A stretch of 64,000 nt of DNA. Origin: Adineta vaga (lineage: Eukaryota > Animalia > Rotifera). The notes below the pieces were generated by a model. The model did no database searches. It was not told the origin of the DNA and saw nothing but the letters and a program-made list of their open reading frames with translations. The translations under genes were made by a program, and so were the position numbers. Positions 37,331-47,912 of this stretch are shown piece by piece; the first letter of the stretch is position 1; every line of letters begins with the position of its first letter. The stretch spans positions 15,872,001 through 15,936,000 of the forward strand of contig CP075493.1 of NCBI GenBank assembly GCA_021613535.1, in the 5' to 3' direction.

Positions 37331-40300
37331 CTAGTCAGTTCTAGTCGATGTAATTGCTATCGATGAAATTGATGGTTTAAATCCTACGAAATTCGATACC
37401 CATCGACCAATACTTGTTGCATACCATTCTGTTGAATAAAATGACGAAGGTAAAACATACAATAGAAAACTAGTTAATTGAGGAAGAAATGAAAAGAAAT
37501 AAGATACGATTAACAGATATCTTATCCAACTATTTTCCAAATTTTGACAATATAATGTAAATGGAATAATAAAAAGTGGTAAGGAAAATAATTGTGGAAC
37601 TAAAGTTATTCCAGGTCCAATAACTGATTCTTTATTTTCATTCAATACTTGTAAAATAAAATGAAAACGATTTTGAAATTTCATTAAAATCGATTGATTT
37701 GATTGAATAATATTTTTTCGAGCCTTAATCTTATTTCTTGCTACTATAAAACTAATAATAATTGTCGAAAGAAAAGTAATTATTAATGGTAAAATCGAAT
37801 TAATTATCGATACAATCGAATGATACAATTTCCATATTGATCGATACTGATTAGGAAATTCCATTACACACATTGCATCATTCGTATTCATTACTTCCAT
37901 TAACGATTTAACAAAAATAAATTCATGAAAATGACTACCTAAAATACCGACCATTGTAATGATCATTAAACGACGAGCAATCTGTGGTTTTCTAAGCCAT
38001 TGTTTATTAAGAAAAAGTGTCATATAAACACGTTCAATTGCAATCAATGATGAAAGCCAATATACAATTCGACTTGATGATATAAGAAAATAATTGAATA
38101 TTTTACATAAATAATGATTAATTTCAATTGAAGAATAAAATCCAATGATATTTATTGCTAAATGTAATAATCGAACAGTAAGAAATGTTAGATTTAATTG
38201 ATTAACAATACTCATAGAGAATAAATATTGTCCGATACCATTTCGAAGAGAATTTTTTCGACGAAAAGTTACAAAAGAAAAAACATTATTTAGTATTCCT
38301 AATAAAAACAATAATATCGAAATACTAATGAGAAATCGAAATATAAATATTGGATTATTTGAATTGAAATTCGTATAAAAAAGTTGATCTAATGTAAATA
38401 TAAATAAATTGGAATTAAATTGACATTTTCTTCCGAAATAACATTTTGGACATAAACAAAGAAAATTGTTCGTATCCTTTAAACATATTCCATTGGATAA
38501 ACAATAAGAACATTGATTAAGATGAAAATCATATTGAAAACATTGAATTTGCGTATGATTTTCATTACAAATACATAAATAATGTTCGTCATAGAAACAA
38601 AATAAATTTGTCGAATTTTCACATAAAAATTGATATTTTATTGGTGAAATTTGTTTTTGTCGAATAGACATACAACGAGTTTCATCATTCAATTGAGTTA
38701 TACCATCAATTGATTGAATATCAATTTGAACAGAAATAACATAAAGTTCAGGTAAAATTTTCTCGGAATATAATTTAACTACAACAATTTCTGGTATTGT
38801 ACCATGTTGATGTTCATATTCAATTGAATTCGGAAGAATTCGATAGATTTTTTGATAAACAAGATTTAAATTTAATGAAATAAAATCAATATCAAAATAT
38901 TGTACAACAGCTGCTAAATGATTCATTGTTTCATTAATGAATAATTTCGTTTCTGGTTTTCGAAATTGACATTTATTACCATGATATTTATCTGTACATA
39001 TACAAGCACTTGATTCAGGTTTTGATGTTGAAAAACATGAACCATTATTTAGACAAGGATTTGATTGACATCGATCATGTTCAATAAAACATCGTTCACC
39101 ATATCGATTAAATGAACAAATACAATAAGGTAAATGATTTCCAATTAATAAACCACGATATCCAGGTTGACATAGAGATCCATACGAACAATAACCATTC
39201 AGACATTGTTCATCTTTCAATGAACAATTTTCACCAGTAAAATTTGCTTTACAAAGACAAATGTACTGTGATTTTTCATTGAGAATTGCTTGACAAACTT
39301 GATTTTGATGACATGGATTACTTGAACATGGATTATCTTCTTGTTTAGGAAATCGTAAAATTTTCGTTAAACGTAAAACAGGTAAATAATCAAAATAAAT
39401 CGGATATTTCCATACAGCGAAGAGTTTTGGTTGATCGAAATCACTTTTTTCATACATTTCAATACGAATTGAATAAGGAGGATAATCATTTGAATAATTT
39501 AAATAACGTTCAAATTTATATTGAAGAAATTGTTTCGAATGAGAATATAAATAATGAGCGAACTTTTTTGAATAAGTCAATAATTCTGATACAACTCGAG
39601 CATGAAAAAAATAATTTGTAAGAATTTCATTTTTAAACATGAATAATATAACGATTTTAAATACAAGATTAATATCATTTGTCATCGAATAAATTGATTC
39701 AGAAAGATTAAGATGAAAAAGTAAACTTATACGATCACTATGATATTGACATTTGTCACCATAATATTGTGGAGGACAAAAACAAATGATTGATCGATTG
39801 TGAAAATAAACACCAATACCACGATTACACCAATAAGCAATTGGATCTGTATGATTTAAAGATAATGTTGATGGTTTTGTTGTTGAAATACTTGAAGTTA
39901 TCGATAATGTTAGATTTGAATCGATTGGAAATTGAATTAATTGAAATTTTTTATAGGAATTTTTCATAATAATTTCTTTTTCTTCACGATATTGAAATCT
40001 TGTTAATTGTAAAATATGTTGATATTCACACATATATTCATCTTCACCAAAATCACAATCAAATATTTGATTACATCGACCATTTCTTATACAATTTCCA
40101 TTAAAACAAACTGCATCATAAATTCGTTCACAGAATGAAATATTTAGTCGATAGTTACACCAAAAATCATCATCGGAAGAATTTTTACATCGTTCTCCAA
40201 AGCAATGATTCCAATAGGGAATACATTGTTTATTCGATTGACATTTATAATTATATCCAAGCATAGTTTGTTGATTACAATGTAAAATATTATTACGTTC

Positions 40301-42238
40301 ATCAATTGCTCCATAACAATCAATAATTTCATTACCAATTTGACTCCAATTAATACATGAAAACTTCTTTTGATTTGTAAAACAAGCAAATTCTGTTGTT
40401 TTATTACATAGTGTTGAATATGGTACTAATTGATTGAATGAATTTTTTTCATCAGATGCATCAGCACAATCCCATTGATTATCAAATAACCATTTCTTAT
40501 CAATACATTGTCCATTATCACATTGCCATTGCTCATCCAAACATTTCCACCATTGTCTACATTCAGTTACATTTTCATCTTGTCTCAAAGGTAAATTCCA
40601 AAATGTATCACAATAATATCGAAATGGAATATGTATTTGTTCAGAAACTTGATTAATTTCATTTTCAAACCATGATTTTTCAATATATTGTCGAAGAAGA
40701 TAACAATGATCTTTTTTTTGATAATTACAATTCATATCCGATAATTTTCTACTTGTACCTAACCAATATTCATCGAATGTATTATGACAATCAGAATAGG
40801 AATTACCAAGAAGAATTATACTTAAACAAGTTATCTCATCTGATGAACAACGAAAACAATATCGAGATATTTTTGAAAAGGAAATATTTGTTTGTTCATC
40901 GATTTGATCAATATTATTTAACGATTTATTTTGTGTCCATTGACAAATGAAATTTTCGATTTGATGAAGTTTAGTTAAAAATGAAATAGTCTTAGCGAGA
41001 ATATCAATTAATATACCATGACATTTGATTGTTCCATTAATAAGAAGAAAATCTGGTCGTAATTTATAATATTTTGGATAGAAAAAGAAAATATATGGAG
41101 CCATAATTCCTATTTTAGAAAATTGAATCGAATTTGAATGACAAATAGATGTTAATTGTTCAGTACAAAACGTATTTTCTTCTCCACATGGACAATCAAC
41201 ATGAACAGCTCCAGATAAATCACAAAGAAGAATAAATCGACATTGATCTTCTACTGTTAGATTACTCATTTTTGTTTGATTATATCCATATTTTTCATAA
41301 CATCGTCCATTAGGTAATGTCCACATATCATTGATATAATGTGTTTCACAAAGGAAAGCTTGTTCACGTTTACTTTGACATTCGGATTTAAATTGTGATA
41401 TGATTTGAAAATCAAATCGATCAATAATACATTGTCCATCACCACATGAATATTGATTTGGTGGACAAATTCGATCATCACATGGAATATAAATTCCATC
41501 AGTTGAACATTTGATATCATCATAAAATTGTATTTCATCACTCCAATCTAAACAATCAAATTCTCCATCGAGAAAATATTCATCAGGAATACACATTCCA
41601 TTCATACATTGATATTCATCATTTTCACATTTATTCGATTTTAATTCATTGCAATTTTCTTCATCAAATCCAAACATACATTGTTGAATACCATCACATA
41701 TATCTCGCCAATCTAAACATAATAAACCGTAATTACAGTTCAATGTTCGATAACAAATTATATCGCCATAGAATTGAACATAATGAGAATTATTTAGTTT
41801 TAAATTATTTTCAGCATAAAATGTATCGGTTAATGTTCTTCCTATTGGTAATAAATATTTGCAATTTTTACCAAATGATTGTAAATTAATACATTTACAT
41901 ATATATCCGTTGAATTCATCGATTGGATTTGTTAGAAATCGAATATAGTCTTCAACTTTTTCGATACTTGATTTCCATTGATGTAAAACAGTACTAATAC
42001 TAATATTCATTTTCTGAAGATTAGCAAATGAATAGAGCGTTCCATTATGATAACAATGTTGTGTATCATTACTTCTATTCAAAATAATGGGTTCGATTGG
42101 ACGACGACAAAATGGTAAACTTTTATGAAAAATACAATCATAAAATTCTACCGATGGACTATCGACAGTATTGTAAACATAGATTGTTAGATTAACATAT
42201 GGTAAAACGAATAGAATTAATTCTAATCGATTTCTCAT
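37331..42238 (-). CDS. LDL-receptor class A repeat + EGF-like + class A 7TM receptor, intronless, 1635 aa
   Basis: Multiple LDLa motifs (C.NG.CI....DG..DC.D.SDE), EGF motifs (CSSNPC, CLNNGSC) and a C-terminal 7TM with AIERV. Confidence 0.93.
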   Translation of the reverse strand: MRNRLELILFVLPYVNLTIYVYNTVDSPSVEFYDCIFHKSLPFCRRPIEPIILNRSNDTQHCYHNGTLYSFANLQKMNISISTVLHQWKSSIEKVEDYIRFLTNPIDEFNGYICKCINLQSFGKNCKYLLPIGRTLTDTFYAENNLKLNNSHYVQFYGDIICYRTLNCNYGLLCLDWRDICDGIQQCMFGFDEENCNELKSNKCENDEYQCMNGMCIPDEYFLDGEFDCLDWSDEIQFYDDIKCSTDGIYIPCDDRICPPNQYSCGDGQCIIDRFDFQIISQFKSECQSKREQAFLCETHYINDMWTLPNGRCYEKYGYNQTKMSNLTVEDQCRFILLCDLSGAVHVDCPCGEENTFCTEQLTSICHSNSIQFSKIGIMAPYIFFFYPKYYKLRPDFLLINGTIKCHGILIDILAKTISFLTKLHQIENFICQWTQNKSLNNIDQIDEQTNISFSKISRYCFRCSSDEITCLSIILLGNSYSDCHNTFDEYWLGTSRKLSDMNCNYQKKDHCYLLRQYIEKSWFENEINQVSEQIHIPFRYYCDTFWNLPLRQDENVTECRQWWKCLDEQWQCDNGQCIDKKWLFDNQWDCADASDEKNSFNQLVPYSTLCNKTTEFACFTNQKKFSCINWSQIGNEIIDCYGAIDERNNILHCNQQTMLGYNYKCQSNKQCIPYWNHCFGERCKNSSDDDFWCNYRLNISFCERIYDAVCFNGNCIRNGRCNQIFDCDFGEDEYMCEYQHILQLTRFQYREEKEIIMKNSYKKFQLIQFPIDSNLTLSITSSISTTKPSTLSLNHTDPIAYWCNRGIGVYFHNRSIICFCPPQYYGDKCQYHSDRISLLFHLNLSESIYSMTNDINLVFKIVILFMFKNEILTNYFFHARVVSELLTYSKKFAHYLYSHSKQFLQYKFERYLNYSNDYPPYSIRIEMYEKSDFDQPKLFAVWKYPIYFDYLPVLRLTKILRFPKQEDNPCSSNPCHQNQVCQAILNEKSQYICLCKANFTGENCSLKDEQCLNGYCSYGSLCQPGYRGLLIGNHLPYCICSFNRYGERCFIEHDRCQSNPCLNNGSCFSTSKPESSACICTDKYHGNKCQFRKPETKLFINETMNHLAAVVQYFDIDFISLNLNLVYQKIYRILPNSIEYEHQHGTIPEIVVVKLYSEKILPELYVISVQIDIQSIDGITQLNDETRCMSIRQKQISPIKYQFLCENSTNLFCFYDEHYLCICNENHTQIQCFQYDFHLNQCSYCLSNGICLKDTNNFLCLCPKCYFGRKCQFNSNLFIFTLDQLFYTNFNSNNPIFIFRFLISISILLFLLGILNNVFSFVTFRRKNSLRNGIGQYLFSMSIVNQLNLTFLTVRLLHLAINIIGFYSSIEINHYLCKIFNYFLISSSRIVYWLSSLIAIERVYMTLFLNKQWLRKPQIARRLMIITMVGILGSHFHEFIFVKSLMEVMNTNDAMCVMEFPNQYRSIWKLYHSIVSIINSILPLIITFLSTIIISFIVARNKIKARKNIIQSNQSILMKFQNRFHFILQVLNENKESVIGPGITLVPQLFSLPLFIIPFTLYCQNLENSWIRYLLIVSYFFSFLPQLTSFLLYVLPSSFYSTEWYATSIGRWVSNFVGFKPSISSIAITSTRTD

Positions 42239-42801
42239 TTATAATTATCGTATATGACAGATCGAGTAGATTAACTATGCAACAAAAAAAAACAGAAATT
42301 TTAAGAACGTGATTTATATCAGACATGACTTAAATACTATTTCATCGAACGATCACATAATTGACATTAAACATAGAGAAATAAATCACAGACGTGTCCG
42401 CGTGTGTATAATATCAATTACATTCTTCGATAGTAAAAGTCTAAGTGACGATATACTAACTGAATTTAAGATTTCATTAGATTAGATAAAAAAAAAATAA
42501 AATTCAATGATTTTATTCATATAGTTCTAACGTGAGTCCAAAATGCTTAGATTCGACAAATTCTTTTCATAGACAACAAAAGAAAAGTTATCGAATGTAA
42601 AGATGAAAATCTCGACGGTTACTGTCATTAATACTCACATTGTTATTCAATAACTGAACATATTTTGAGAAATATTTATTTGATAAAATAAAATATACAA
42701 ACTATACTATAGCAAAATTACCATGTAATTTGCTACCTAAATGTCCTGTGTAATATTTTTCAACGTAACTTAGTTGCAGTCATATAAGCTGTGAATGTTT
42801 T

Positions 42802-45800
42802 TCAGCATTTTTCCCATTTCATTCTTTGATATTCTTTTCTGTAATTTTTTACAGAACGATACCAAAGTGAAAAATTTATTCTTATTTTTCCGTGATACAA
42901 CACAATCAGGAGGCACATTCTCACCAATAACAACAGTAGAACTGTCATAATTATGGATAAGATCAATATGAGAAAATGAGTCTTGTTAATAATAATAACT
43001 TTTCTCTCATTAATTACGATAACAATAAGAAGCGAACTTTTGTCATGTTTTCCGACAACAACAGTTTTGCACATTTGATCTGAATCACGATATGTATTGC
43101 GAGGATGACACAGGCATTCGACACGTGGAATACAACAATTAGTCTTGTTTGTACATTCTTTCGTAGCACAACAACTATCTTCGATTGGAACAATGGGCGT
43201 AAATGATAATGTATTTTGGGAAGATGATTTTGTGTTAGAAGTCACTAGTGGACTATTTGTATCTGTTGATGGTGACGTCGAATCCTGCAAAGATGTAGCG
43301 TTGACTGGCTCTATTGTGGAAGTGAGTCTGGTCGGTGAATGTGATTGAGAATTGGATGATGCTTCTGTCGATGCGTGTGGTGTGGCTGAATTATTTTCTG
43401 TAGTTGTCGATGATAAAGTTGAATCACGAGGAAGCGTAGAATTCAATAATTCTGAATTAGAAGTGGATGTGGCCAGTGAACCTGACTCAGAACTTGTTGA
43501 AGGTTCAGTGGTAACTGATGTTGTATATGTACTCGTGCTGGAAGACGGCGATGTACTATTTGTATCTTCTAATGGTAAAGTTGAATTGAGGCAAGGAGTG
43601 GAAGTATGAAAAGGTAATTTTTCTGTGTGTGTGAAGTTGTTTGATGATAGTTCAGTCGAAGTATGTATATCATTTGAATATAGATCAGAGAATGGCGTCG
43701 AATTATTTATGTCTGCTGGTGGTAAAGTTAAATTCAATGAAATTGTGGAATTACTTGTTGATTCCAGGAAAGTTGTTGTATTATTAATGTTTGTCTCGGG
43801 AGAAGTTGGTTCAAATGTGATGTTTGATGATGCCGATGTAGTAGTCGTGTTAGATATGCTAGGATACATGGATGATTGATTACTGCTAGTTGGGAAGGAA
43901 GGACTGGTTGAAAAGTTGAAAAAGTTAGTTAAATCATGAAAAGAAAAAGCAGCGGTTGATGTTTTTGTTATCGTTGAATTAATGTTTTGAGGTACACACA
44001 GTTGACTAGCAGGATCATGAATGCAAACGGGAACGGGTTCTCCTGAACACTGTTCAAGTAACGAATCATAACAAACTCCTCGACAGAGTTTGATTTGATT
44101 TAGTTTGTAATTATTATATGATTTTGTAACATTACAAATCGTGTGTCCATCATCCGCACATACTTGTTTATCATTACTAATGCACTGGCTACCACATATG
44201 CGATTATTTGCGCAAACTGTACCATTCACACATTTTGCTGTCAAAGGATTATAACATTGGCGATTAAATCCACTAACACATAGCTCAGTTCCGATAGAAC
44301 AAAGGGTATCATTAATACATAAATACTGACCTTTATCGTAGCAAGTATTAGAGCAAATTGAGACACATTGTAGAACACCATTGACGCACTGTTGAAGTGG
44401 CATACTTTCAATATCATAGCATTTACCATTGCATACTTGAATCTGATTTGGTTTATAATATGTATAATCTTGATTAACTGAACAAAGTGTTCTGTTATCA
44501 TTTGCACAAACTCGGTTTCGATACGATGACGTGTTTGGTATGCATTGATCATTACAAACACGATCTTTTTCATAACAAAACGTATGATTTAAGCATCTGC
44601 GTGATTTTGGATCGTAACATTCCAATTTAGATGGTTGAAAAGAATTCTCAAAGTAATCATATTTTACTTCACAAAGATCTTGACCAATTTTACAAATACT
44701 GCTATTAATACAAACATGAATTGCTGAATCGAAGCATTGATTTCCACAAGAAGTATCAATGCATGTAACTGTTCCATTAACACATTGTTGCACTGATGTA
44801 TCAAAACATTTCCCATTACATAAATGCATTTGATAATGTTTATAAGTATTAAACGGAAGTGAAACATTACAAATTGTACGTCTGTCGTTGGCACATACTT
44901 GATAAGATACATTGACTCCTGTCATGCATTGTTTATTACAAATACGAGTATTTGGACAAAATGTGTTGTTAATGCATTTGTATCCTAAAGGATCGTAGCA
45001 TTGAAGCCTGGATGGAGAAAGAAGGTTGCCAGTCGTGGAATCATATTTGATTAGACAAGTATCTTGGTTGAAAGAACAAAGCATACCATCAATGCATCTG
45101 AAAGATGCTGGGTTGTAGCATACAAATTTGGGTGGACTAATTGCATAACCAGAGGAACTATAGTTGGTTAGACACAAGTCCTCTCCAACTTTACAAAGTT
45201 GACCATTAATACAAACATTTGTAGATGCATTATAACACTCATTAGAACAATTTGAAACACATTGTATAGAACCATTTACACAATGTCTAGATCCGTTAGA
45301 CTGCGTATCATAGCATTCACCATTGCATACTTGAATCTGATTTGGTTTATAATATGTATAATCTTGATCAACTGGACAAAGTGTTCTGTTATCATTTGCA
45401 CAAACTTGTTTTCGATTCGATAAAGTGTTTAGTATGCATTGATTATTACAAACACGATCTTTTTCATAACAAAACATATGATTTAAGCATCTGTGTGATT
45501 TTGGATCGTAACATTTCATTTCTGGTAGTGCGATAAATTCACCAGAATCAGAATATTTCAGATCACAGACATCTTCACCGACTAAACATACAGTATTATT
45601 AAGACAAATTTGGGTTGTCAAATCATAACACTGATTTCCGCATAAATTGAAACACGTAATATTATAACCAGTTTCTACACAAGCATGAGTAATCGGATTA
45701 TAACAATATTTGTTTCCGCATGGTATTTCTGTATCAAAACATGTAAGTGTAGTATTCGACGCAGTTGTACTAAATTCAACCATAATTGTCATCCAAAGAA

Positions 45801-45834
45801 TGAAAATTTTCCACTGGTACATTTTTCTATTCAT
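42802..45834 (-). CDS. Cell-surface/secreted protein: tandem Cys-rich repeats, Ser/Thr mucin stalk, small Cys cluster, hydrophobic C-terminus
   Basis: Signal peptide; many C(G)xxCY(D/N)xxxxxCxNxxxC repeats; internal duplication (about 45315-45520 vs 44415-44615); long S/T-rich region. The C-terminus could be spliced differently. Confidence 0.85.
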   Translation of the reverse strand: MNRKMYQWKIFILWMTIMVEFSTTASNTTLTCFDTEIPCGNKYCYNPITHACVETGYNITCFNLCGNQCYDLTTQICLNNTVCLVGEDVCDLKYSDSGEFIALPEMKCYDPKSHRCLNHMFCYEKDRVCNNQCILNTLSNRKQVCANDNRTLCPVDQDYTYYKPNQIQVCNGECYDTQSNGSRHCVNGSIQCVSNCSNECYNASTNVCINGQLCKVGEDLCLTNYSSSGYAISPPKFVCYNPASFRCIDGMLCSFNQDTCLIKYDSTTGNLLSPSRLQCYDPLGYKCINNTFCPNTRICNKQCMTGVNVSYQVCANDRRTICNVSLPFNTYKHYQMHLCNGKCFDTSVQQCVNGTVTCIDTSCGNQCFDSAIHVCINSSICKIGQDLCEVKYDYFENSFQPSKLECYDPKSRRCLNHTFCYEKDRVCNDQCIPNTSSYRNRVCANDNRTLCSVNQDYTYYKPNQIQVCNGKCYDIESMPLQQCVNGVLQCVSICSNTCYDKGQYLCINDTLCSIGTELCVSGFNRQCYNPLTAKCVNGTVCANNRICGSQCISNDKQVCADDGHTICNVTKSYNNYKLNQIKLCRGVCYDSLLEQCSGEPVPVCIHDPASQLCVPQNINSTITKTSTAAFSFHDLTNFFNFSTSPSFPTSSNQSSMYPSISNTTTTSASSNITFEPTSPETNINNTTTFLESTSNSTISLNLTLPPADINNSTPFSDLYSNDIHTSTELSSNNFTHTEKLPFHTSTPCLNSTLPLEDTNSTSPSSSTSTYTTSVTTEPSTSSESGSLATSTSNSELLNSTLPRDSTLSSTTTENNSATPHASTEASSNSQSHSPTRLTSTIEPVNATSLQDSTSPSTDTNSPLVTSNTKSSSQNTLSFTPIVPIEDSCCATKECTNKTNCCIPRVECLCHPRNTYRDSDQMCKTVVVGKHDKSSLLIVIVINERKVIIINKTHFLILILSIIMTVLLLLLVRMCLLIVLYHGKIRINFSLWYRSVKNYRKEYQRMKWEKC

Positions 45835-46808
45835 TTCGCTTTCTATAGTGCTTGAAGATTAACAGAGAAAATTCTTTATATAATCGCTGATCATCAAGGC
45901 CTGTCTATACCATTATATTTATGATTTGTCTTTTGTCAGGAATAAAAATATAAAATCATACAAATCTTGACTATACTCATACAAGTTTATCTCTCTGTCA
46001 ATACTTTTTAAAAAGAATATCGCTTTATCGCTTATAAACCCATAAATAGAGAAAGAGAACATAAAAGTTTTATTATATTTCTCAATCTCGAAACGATGAG
46101 TTGAAAGAACAGAAAGTGGAATGTTTGTCCGACAAAATTCAACGAATTCCGACATAAATCTTAAAATGAATATTATGAACAACTAAAAAGACGTATTAGA
46201 TAAACGTGAAACACTATATTCAAACTATTTCACGCTATTTATAAATATATATTACCTAACTCCCAGTAGAATTCATATTTTTGCACCGTTCCCATTTTAA
46301 GCAGACCGTATTTTTCTTATTTCATACCTTATAACTCCACCAGAAAGTATCATAAGCAAAAATCTACGGCATCCCCCACTTTGACAACCACAGCGACTGC
46401 AACAGCGAGGGTTCTTCAAAAAACTACATATAGCACAACAGCAGATATCCTCCTTTGTCGTATTCTATAACCACAAATTCCAATCAAAAACATCTGCTTA
46501 GCTAATATAGCTGCAAGCTTCGTGCTTTCTTCAAGGCAACATCACCTACTGATTTACAAATACTTCTTATGAAACTAGTTACTACTGTCAGGCATCCCCA
46601 ACAACTCAGAAAGACACCCAAAAGAAACGCAAACATAAACTAACATTTCCACCTATGTTCCCCGAAAAATGTTTAGACTTCACCTACACACCCGATTAAT
46701 TCTTCACAAAATAACTTTGACATTGACTTTCTTTCCTACGTTTAATCTCAAACGATTCTGACACCCACAAAAATAATTCAGATTCCTCCACCGACCCATT
46801 TCCGCCAT

Positions 46809-47554
46809 TGGTATGGACGCTAACGGCGATGACTCATCGAATCATTATCAAAAAGTGTACATTGTGGTGTCGCCACATGTCTTGCCAATTTTTTGACAGT
46901 TCTAATATATATCATTTTGATCCATTTTCTACGTAGAATTTTTCTGTGAAATTAGATTTTAGGGCCCAAGTCTTGTTTTTGAGATAATCATGAATAAATG
47001 CCTATTGGCTACTTGAATTATTATGTTCAATCAATACAGGTGTATTGCATTGATTGATATAGTATTGAAAGAATGACCGGCGACAGATAACACACATTTT
47101 GTTCGTCTGGCTATCATTCTGTTGTTGTATTTTGTCAAAATTAATGCCTGCGGAAATTATTTTATGTGTTATTTGTGGTATGTATGTAATTCATATATTT
47201 AAAGATATTATATATTTATAATAAATTATTGTCAAACATAAATTTCTCTCTTAATTGAATTACAAAAATATGAGACTAATGATATGTAATGATATATAAT
47301 GATGCCATGGTTACGATGATGAGTCATTCTACGTTGATAATGTAACGACATCCAAAGAGAGAAAAACGCTCCCTATAGCTCAATGCCAATTTTTAAAGAA
47401 AAACCAAATACATAAATCGATAGACAAGAACATGCTCTATCTACTGATGTAAAAATTATTTAGGGCCTATGTCAAAAAGTTTTCGACCAATCAGAAACGG
47501 CTTGCTATTGATGCACTTTTTTCTTTCTTATTCGTTCCGTTAGCGTCCGTACCA
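46809..47554. mobile_element. Putative MITE with ~18-bp TIR
   Basis: TGGTATGGACGCTAACGG ... CCGTTAGCGTCCGTACCA (one mismatch), flanked by CAT on both sides. Confidence 0.6.
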
Positions 47555-47912
47555 CATCACTTCCTTAAGCAACTATACCATCTAGATAATGAGCTTCCCA
47601 TTCTAAACCATAATAAACGAATCGTACTCTAATCGAGCACATACGAAATATAAGTAAAGGATTTTTAATCCAAAAGAAACACACAGAAATCCTATCCGAT
47701 AGATATGAAGTGTATAAGTAAAGGATTTTTAATCCGAGAAAAATTGAAAGGAGTTAGGTATTTGCAGATTTTTTTAATTCATCGGATATTATCGGAAGTG
47801 TATTGGATTCCGACAGTCGGATTTCTTTTCTCTATTATATTTAAATAAGCGCAATTACAACAATCATGATGAATAAGCTCTTTTATTAATGGATTGCAAA
47901 AAAAACAGTTAT

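Noticed and set aside
43145-43879. Plus-strand Val/Asp/Glu-rich ORFs
   Set aside because: Antisense shadows of the Ser/Thr mucin region.
47650-47735. 22-bp direct repeat ATAAGTAAAGGATTTTTAATCC
   Set aside because: Only two copies; likely transposon subterminal debris.
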